Assembly (NCBI RefSeq): GCF_009914755.1
Contig: NC_060928.1
Strand: one strand, 5' to 3'
From: the human T2T-CHM13v2.0 reference genome, Homo sapiens
Length of the DNA stretch: 64,000 nt
The notes under the pieces were generated by a model, which worked only from the letters and a program-made list of their open reading frames with translations, searched no databases and was not told the DNA's origin. Numbering within the stretch: position 1 is the stretch's first letter; every line of letters starts with the position of its first letter. Positions 56,750-64,000 of this stretch are shown piece after piece. The translations under genes were made by a program, and so were the position numbers.

Positions 56750-59700
56750 TGTTATTGTACTTTGGGCTTCACAGGTGAAGACTCTAAAATAGAGGTTAGC
56801 ATGCAGGAGATTTAATAAGGAGGGCTCTTGAGATCAACATCTGTTTAAAAAGGAAATTAAGAAAACAAGCCTACAGAGGAAATAGTTGAACTGCAACACA
56901 GCCTCAAGGGAAAACTCTAGATACTGCTGCAGGGAGTTCTGAAGATGAGATAACTCTCCAGAGCTGTTCTAATTTTGGGGTAGAGACATTGCATGTGGTC
57001 TTCACTAGGCAAAGGCATAACTTTTGGTGAGGTAACGCTCTACAGCTAAACATAGTCCTAAAATGCCTGATAGCTGAAGGCCGCCTGCTGGCAGCACTAT
57101 TGGAAATTGAAGTCTTATTATTGAAAGAAAATATAGATAGTACATTATAACATCCACAACAGTCCATACTTGTATCACTCAAATCAACTTCTTTGTATAA
57201 ATTCTGGGAGTTCTCCCTCCAGGATTCTTGTGGGCCTCTTTTCTGGGGATGATGTCCGAGAGGAAGGATAATGGAACAATTATTTATAGCTGTCTCCACT
57301 GCATCTGATCTTAGAATCAAAACTGATACGCATTGTGTTCATTCTTTACTAATCATTATGGATTCTCTCACCCTCAGCTACCAACTCTGCTGGATTTAAT
57401 GCTTTATTTGGGGACTTGATTCTACCCTCATCCTTCAGGATTCTGGTCCCCTGGTAATTATGTTATTCTTAGACAGTGCTGCTTCCATTGCCCATTTTCC
57501 ATCAAAATTCAGGAAATTATTACAAGGAAATATCAAATGGATCATACGGATGGCAAATATGCTCCTTACTCCCTACATTGTGCAAAAGCAGACCACTAAC
57601 TCTGTTTTATCAGGATCATCTCCTCTGAAAAGACACAACCCATCTTCTTCCCTTCTGCTTCCTTGACTCAAGGAATCCAAAGGGCCAAGGTAGTGCCTGC
57701 TGCTTATATTTCATAAGAACTTGATTTAATCACTAATGGAAATATTCTACCTCTGGGAACCACAACCTCTAAACCTATTAAGCCTAGAGTGACAGTACTA
57801 GGGAATAGATTATCCAAATGAGTCACTAGGAATAAGTTAAGCATGGTCACTTCTGTTTTCTCTACTTGGTTTCCAGAGCTGTATACCCTACTCATTGGGG
57901 GTCAAAGCATTATTTAAAAATCTATGAATTAAATTTTATAAAGTGTCTTAGGAGGACATCCTGCCTTTGTAATCACCTTCAAGCTGCTGCATCAGCTGTG
58001 CTTTCAATAGTCCACTCAGTGCTCTGTCAGGCCAAAAGCATCTGAACTCTGCAGTATGTCATTGGTTTATGACCACAAAACTCTTTTGCTGTCTGGTTGG
58101 TCCTTGGTCTTGCATGATAGTATATGGGATGTCATGATCGTGTATGTATCACACACTCAATATGTTATCCGGTAGTGGTACTGGCTCAGGTCCTGCATGC
58201 AAGAAGGGCAAACCCACATATAGAATATGTTTCTATTCCTTTCAAAAGAAATTGCTGGCCTTCTAGCCTGGAGGAGACCCAATGTAGGCAATTTGCCACA
58301 AAGTGAATTCTTGAATGGTTGACCTCATTGAAGAATGGGGACATAGTGGAGACTCAGTGTTTCCACTGATGGTGGGTGGTGGCAGTAGCAAGATTAAACT
58401 TGATATAAGTTTATAGCCTCTCTCCTTGCCACCATGGCTACTAATATACATGTTGTACTTGTACTGGAATGGCTAATGACAGATGCTGGCGATGGAAGCA
58501 CTGAAAGTTGCTTTATGTATTAGGCTGTCATTCTCTGAGGGTTATTATCAGGAGACACAAGACCTTCAAATTTTTGCCCTCTCCCATAAGTCCATCCACA
58601 TCTCTACTCAGATTTCCGTGTCCATATTCTTCCAATTTTTTTGTCATGGCACACCTCTGATAGCCTGCTAAACCTTTTGTTACTTCTCTTGAGTCTGCAT
58701 ATATTTCTAAACTCAAGCCACTTTTCTATTCACACACATTGATGACCATGTGCAATAGCCAAAACTCTGTACCATTGCAAGGATTTTTTCTCACTATACT
58801 TTCTAAGGTCCTATTAGCTGAGAAGTGCTACCAAATTAATATGCTCTCCTTTATCTAACCCTCTGTCTTTGATCTAGCGTTCTCAGAATAGAGTCTCATA
58901 CATACAACCCTGGCTCCGGCTAATATATGCCGGCTGAGTCCTGCAGTTCTTTGGTGGTATAATCTCTTTCCTCCCTTAACAGCTCTAGCATGCCTTTGGG
59001 AAGATTATGTTAAAACATAACCCTAAATTATTGGCCTATGGCCAAGAGGGCACACTGGGGCAATCCTGAGGAGAGGTGATATTGTCTTGAGGAGGAAGGG
59101 ATTACTTTGTCTTCAAGGCAAGGAGAGTTCTGGTCATAAAAGGGAGGAATGGGCCATTTCTTCAAGCTTAGAGTTTAAGAGATCTGAAAATTCAAAAATT
59201 TTTAGAGAAGGATGAGAGCAATCAAGATATTTTCACTATATATTCTAGTCTTTCTTCTTCTGGGTTCTGGCCCAGCTTTTTGGGAGTGTAACTTTCTTGG
59301 GTCCTTGGATTTTCTTCAAATTAAGTTCTGGGATTGATACTCAGCTTTATTTGACCTCCCAGAGCAAGAAAAAGACATTTTGTATGCTGTTAAAAAAGAC
59401 GTCTGGATTTCAGTCCTAGTTTTAGTTGTGGTGCTTGCAGCTTTTTCTTATCTTTTCTTCAAAGCATCACGCAAACTCAGCCATAGCCATCCAATACCAT
59501 TGTCTTTAGAGTTACTCTTTCTTCCATTTTACTCCAACACTTGGCACCTGCTAATGCACTCCCTTCCAACAATACACCATCCGCATTTACTGCTGGTTGA
59601 AAACATTAACAACTGAATGATCAACTTGTAACAGGGTCCCTCTGTGTTCCACCTACCACCATTATTAGGGCCTTATTAATTGCTGGGTGGCCGAAAATCT

Positions 59701-60160
59701 AGTTCATGAATCATAAGCCAGCATCTGATTTCCTGGGCCAATTTCAGTACCAATTATTGTAGGTTGTGTTCCTCAGGAGTCAGACACTGAGATGATGGTT
59801 AGCATGCAGGAGGTATATTAGTGAGTGATCTTGAGAAAGACAAAACAGAGCAGAATACAGTAACTACAGAGAGAAGGAAACTACAGAGAGAAGGAAACAG
59901 TAACTACAGAGAGAAGGAAATAAGCAGAATTGAGCAGGAGGAGAAATACAGTTGTCACGTGTCTCAAGAAAAGTCCTAAATTGCCCTGCAGGGATATATG
60001 AAATTGGATAACTCATCAGAGCTGTCCCAAGTTGGGGCAAAAGACTCAGGCTTTTATACCCCGCTATTAATCAGTCTTTGAATGCTGGTCAATATGCCCA
60101 CTATCTGGGCTAATTACTGTGTTAGGGAATCCGTGTGGTACATCACCATGTCCACCAAAA
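56750..60160 (-). mobile_element. Internally deleted ERVL-class provirus (LTR33-like LTRs; ERV3-16A3/HERV16-like interior)
   Basis: Homologous LTRs at about 56750-57160 and 59755-60160 (GGTTAGCATGCAGGAG, GATAACTC..CAGAGCTGT); PBS-like CAGTACCAA beside the right LTR; minus-strand pol remnants: RNase H-like EIYADSREVTKGLAG, integrase-like SHGGKERGY, dUTPase-region TLGLIGLEVVVPRG. Confidence 0.8.
59857..59920. repeat. Three perfect copies of AACTACAGAGAGAAGGAAA
   Basis: Copies at 59862, 59879 and 59902; the first and third are preceded by ACAGT. Confidence 0.92.
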
Positions 60161-60180
60161 TTATTTATTTTCTTTCTGGC

Positions 60181-60805
60181 TGTATTAGATAAGGAGTGCT
60201 AACTGTCATAACAAAGAATATAAAATCCCACCCGCTTGGCAGATGAAAATTTCATTTTTTGATCCTGGCACGTTGCAAAGTTAATCAGCAGTGGGGATGG
60301 GGTTCTTCTATACATCGTCACTGAGGGAAACAAGCTCCTTCCTTCTTGTGGCTCTGCCTTTCTTTGGTCCAGAACTCTACAATAGAACTTTCAGCAATGA
60401 TTCAATTGTTCTACATTTACACTGACCAATATAATGGCTAATAGTTACCTATGACCATTAAGCACTTTAATATGGCTAATATGACTGAGAAACTAAATTT
60501 TTAATTTTAATTTTAAGTGTCAATAGTATATACATGTATATGTACTTTATATGTGTGTTTATATATGTACACTTTTTTTTAGTCATCAGAGGAAAAAGAG
60601 GAGGAGCATGCATGAGATTGCTTTGTGGGTCAGGAATGAAACTGATGTAAATCAATTCCGCTCACATCCCATTGGCTAGAGCTTGGTCATATGGCCATAT
60701 CTAACTACAAAGGAAGCTTGAAAGTACAATGTATCTACCTGTGTGCCCAGGAAAAATAACAGAAAACAGATACTAGAGAACAATTACAGCCTAGAGTATA
60801 GCAGA
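60181..60805 (-). mobile_element. MLT1K/L-like LTR interrupted by MER3
   Basis: GCTAACTGTCATAACAAA..TCCTTCCTTCTTGTGGCTCTGCC..CTCACATCCCATTGGCTAGAGCTTGGTCATATGGCC. Confidence 0.7.
60370..60515 (+). mobile_element. MER3 (hAT-Charlie) fragment
   Basis: CAATAGAACTTTCAGCAATGAT..TGTTCTA..ATATGACTGAGAAACTAAATTTTTAATTTT. Confidence 0.8.
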
Positions 60806-60825
60806 TCATTCCCTTTAAATAAAAA

Positions 60826-61180
60826 AACAGCTTAATTGAGGCATAACTGATACATAAAGAATTGCACATATTTAATGTGCACAATTTTATGAGTTTAGAC
60901 ATATGCAAGCACTGTGACACCATCACCAGAATCAAGGTAATAAACACATCTAGCACCTCCCGAAGTTACTTTGTGTTCTTTTATGTGTATGGAAAGAATA
61001 TATACATGTATATATATGTAATATATATATAATTAAATATGTATATTATATATATAATACCACTACTGTATTCTCTGCTGCTGAGTTTGACTATTATGAA
61101 TAACTCACCTCTAAGTGGAATTTACAATATTTGTCCTTCTGTGGCTGCCTTATGCTTACTATAACAGTCTTCAAAGTTAT
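60826..61180 (-). mobile_element. L1MB/L1MA10 3' fragment
   Basis: CAGCTTAATTGAGGCATAACTGA..CACCATCACCAGAATCAAGGTAATAAAC. Confidence 0.7.
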
Positions 61181-61232
61181 TGGGACCTAAAATCCAGTCT
61201 TCCTATTATCTTTTAAATTATTTTTTTCAACA

Positions 61233-61705
61233 TGTGATAGAAAAAATTATACCCATGTCCTAATCCCCAGAACCTGTGAATATGTTATATATGGCAAAAG
61301 GGACTTTGCAGATATAAGTATCTTGATACAGACAGATTATTCTGGATCATCTGGTGGGCCTAATGTTAGCATAAGCATTCATAAAAGTGGAAGAGGGAGG
61401 CAGAAGAAATGGTCAGAGTTTTGACATGTGAGAAAAACTGTACCATTGTCAATGACTTTAAAAATAGAGGAAGGAGACCAAGAGCCAAGGCATGTGGGCA
61501 GCCTCTAGAAGCTAAAAATTGTAAGAAAACGCTTTCTGCCTAGAGCATCCTAGAAAGGAATGCAGCTCTTCTGACACTGATTTCAGCCCAGTTTCATCTG
61601 AGTTAGACTTCTATCCTCCAGAACTGTAAGATAATAAATCTGTAGTTTTTTTTTAAACTGTTAAGTTTGTAGTAATTTGTTATAGCAGCAATAGGAAACA
61701 TCATT
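61233..61705 (+). mobile_element. MLT1D solo LTR
   Basis: GTCCTAATCCCCAGAACCTGTGAATATGTTA..GGCAAAAGGGACTTTGCAGAT..CCAGAACTGTAAGATAATAAAT..GCAGCAATAGGAAAC. Confidence 0.88.
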
Positions 61706-61822
61706 CTAACTCCCTTTCTTAACTGAACTTGAATCCTTTGGTACATCATTGTAATGAATTGCATTTATTTTCTCTTACTTCATCATACTCACTCACAAAC
61801 CTGCTTATTCTAATTCCCCACT

Positions 61823-62116
61823 TTATTAATTGGGGTTCTCTAGAGGGACAGAACTGATAGGATATATATATCATATCTATATCTCATATATATATTTGAT
61901 CTCATATATATCATATATATTTGATCTCATACATATCTCATATATATGATATATATATATAGATACATATATATGAGTTTACTAAGTATTATTAACTCGT
62001 ATGATCACAAGGTCCCATAACAGGCCGTCTGCAAGCTGAAGAGCAAGGAAGTCAGCCCAAGTTCCAAAGCTGAAGAACGTGGAGTCTGATGTTCGGAGGC
62101 AGCAAGCATCCATCAT
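61823..62116 (-). mobile_element. MLT2A1/A2 (HERV-L LTR) 3' part with internal (TA)-rich tract
   Basis: GGGTTCTCTAGAGGGACAGAACT..GATCACAAGGTCCCA..CTGCAAGCTGAAGAGCAAGGAAG..GGAGTCTGATGTTCG. Confidence 0.88.
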
Positions 62117-62119
62117 CTA

Positions 62120-63492
62120 GCCTTTGTATTATAGTTGCTTAATCACCACAGTCCCCAACTATGCTAACTGATCACTTCACACCCCCAATCTTTTCTCAAA
62201 TGTGAAGGAATTTCTACCCTACTTAGCAAGCTACACTGTTTTCTATTTTGCTAAAAAAAAAAAAAAAGCAAACAGAAGGTAATTTCTACACGCTCTCAAA
62301 AGTACATTTACATACCTACAAGCTGCTGAACTCTTTGGTTCTATTACTATGGGTAAAATCTCTGTATGCCTTTCACTTGAGCTCTAGATCCAAGCCAATA
62401 TTGCTACTTACAGACATTGATCCAGCTTTGTTACCTTATTCTCCCTCTATTTGATCGTTTCCATCAGGCCAAAATCTTGCTGAATTGTTTCCATTTTAAG
62501 TAAAACCTTCTCGTGGCCTCACACGTACCTCCCACCCAGTTTCTAAAAGATATATATTCCAATTCCTTTTCTCCTCTTCTGTCTCCAACTATATCAATCA
62601 GATTTTTGTCCACACGTCTCAAAATCTCAAACAAGAGAACTTTTTTTTTAAGAGCACTACCTGCCTGATGCCAAATATTTTGGTCAATAAGATTATTTAT
62701 CTTATCTTAAATAATCAGCAGTATTTTGCATAGTGGATCACTCTCCCATTCTTGAAACACTTTTTTTTTTCATTTACCTCCGAGAGATTACTATCTCTTT
62801 ATACTTTTTCCACTTCACTGGCAGTGTGGTACTTGCTTTTCAGTTTCTTTTCTGATTTCCTTTCATTTTCCTGAACAATAAATTTTGGAGTATCTCAGGG
62901 ATTAGATTTTTTAATATTTATTTATTTCTAATATATCCTAACTTCTAGATAATTACACTGAAAAGCATTATTGAAAAACTGGTCTTGTAGCTCCAAATAT
63001 ATATCTTTTCCTGAACTTCAGACTTATAAACCCAAATGATGTCTAGTATAGATTACAATCTAATGTGCCCAAAAGACAATTGCTTATCCTCTCCAAAATC
63101 ATCGATCTGTTTACATCTCATCCTATACAGCAACTCTATTCTTTCATTTGCTTAGGTTGAAAACATTGGATCCATGATCCTTGACACCTCTTTTTTTCCT
63201 CACATCCATGTCAGATACATTAATAAACCTTGTTACTCAACTTTCAGATTGCTTTTAGAATAGCAAACTATCTCCTCACAGCCATTTCTGTTCAGGACAC
63301 CACTATTGTTCTTATCTATTTCAAATACTAACTGGTCTTATGGCTTTCCTGTTACATCACTCTAATATATTTCCAGATAAAGTAAAAGTCATTATTTTAA
63401 AATATGTCAGATTATATCATTTTATTTCAAAACTTTCTGAGGGCTTTGCATTTCATTCAGAATAAAAGCCAAGGTCCATTCAATAGCCTTGA
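62120..63492 (+). mobile_element. L2 (L2a-like) ORF2 3' region
   Basis: GATCACTCTCCCATTCTTGAAACAC; ATCCTTGACACCTC; GTCAGATTATATCA..CAAAACTTTC..CAGAATAAAAGCCAAGGTCC. Confidence 0.7.
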
Positions 63493-63529
63493 AAAATGAA
63501 TAGAAATAAAAATCATAAATAAAAGCTAG

Positions 63530-63971
63530 TACCTCTTCTATTCAACACTGTGTTGGAAGTTCCAGCAAGAGCAATTAGGTAAAAAAGAAACAGAAGTTAT
63601 CTAAATCAGAAAGATAAAAGTAAAATTACCTCTGTTTGCCGATGACATAATCATATGTGGAAAACCCTAAATATTTTACAAAAAACTGTTAGAACTAATA
63701 AATTCAATCATGTTGCAGAATACAAAGTTAATACACAAAATTCAGTTGTGTTTCTATACGTCAATATGAACAATCCAAGAAGCAAATTAATAAAATCATT
63801 TCACTTATAATAAAAATAAATAATAGCCTTATAGACAAACTCAATTAAGGACAGGAAAGAAATACTTTTACACTAAAGACTACAAAACATTGCTGAAAAA
63901 AATGAACAGACACCAACAAATAGAAAGACTTCCCATGTTCATGGAATGGAAGACAATATTGCTAAGACATC
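63530..63971 (+). mobile_element. L1M ORF2 RT fragment
   Basis: CTTCTATTCAACACTGTGTTGGAAGTT..CTGTTTGCCGATGACATA (LFADDI). Confidence 0.88.
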
Positions 63972-64000
63972 TGTATTAGTCAGTGTCCTCCAGAGAAAAA
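63972..64000 (-). mobile_element. MLT2-like LTR terminus, truncated by the window edge
   Basis: TGTATTAGTCAGTGTCCTCCAGAGAAA. Confidence 0.6.

Noticed and set aside
56904-57320. Longest ORF (138 aa, minus strand)
   Set aside because: Spans the ERVL interior/LTR junction, starts at TTG and shows no recognisable domain
59857-59920. CRISPR-like repeat array
   Set aside because: Eukaryotic context, no unique spacers and no cas genes; simple slippage explains it
61823-62116. MLT2A1 zygotic-genome-activation promoter
   Set aside because: Only the 3' part of the LTR is present; the 5' region carrying the DUX4 site is missing

Overview
AT-rich, repeat-dense, non-coding primate (almost certainly human or hominid) genomic DNA. 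I find no credible protein-coding, tRNA or rRNA gene; the ORF-track entries are Alu/L1/LTR-derived or random. An (ATCT)10 tract at 43469-43508 has flanks matching my recollection of the forensic miniSTR D4S2408 primers, which would place the window on chr4p15.1 in the gene-poor region distal to PCDH7. Content: 15 Alus (many with clear TSDs); L1PA/L1PB/L1MA/L1MB/L1MC and L2 fragments; MIRs; many solo LTRs (LTR12, MER34/39-like, THE1, MLT1, MLT2, LTR16/33); a decayed HSMAR2 mariner; and an internally deleted ERVL-class provirus with both LTR33-like LTRs. Repeat subfamily calls come from remembered consensus sequences, and boundaries of old elements are approximate. I did not find a new biological system. 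The most notable structures are a locally duplicated HSMAR2 segment with a direct-plus-inverted triplication (18015-18154), an LTR12 with intact promoter motifs but a deleted polyA signal, the two-LTR ERVL relic and several capture/slippage events.
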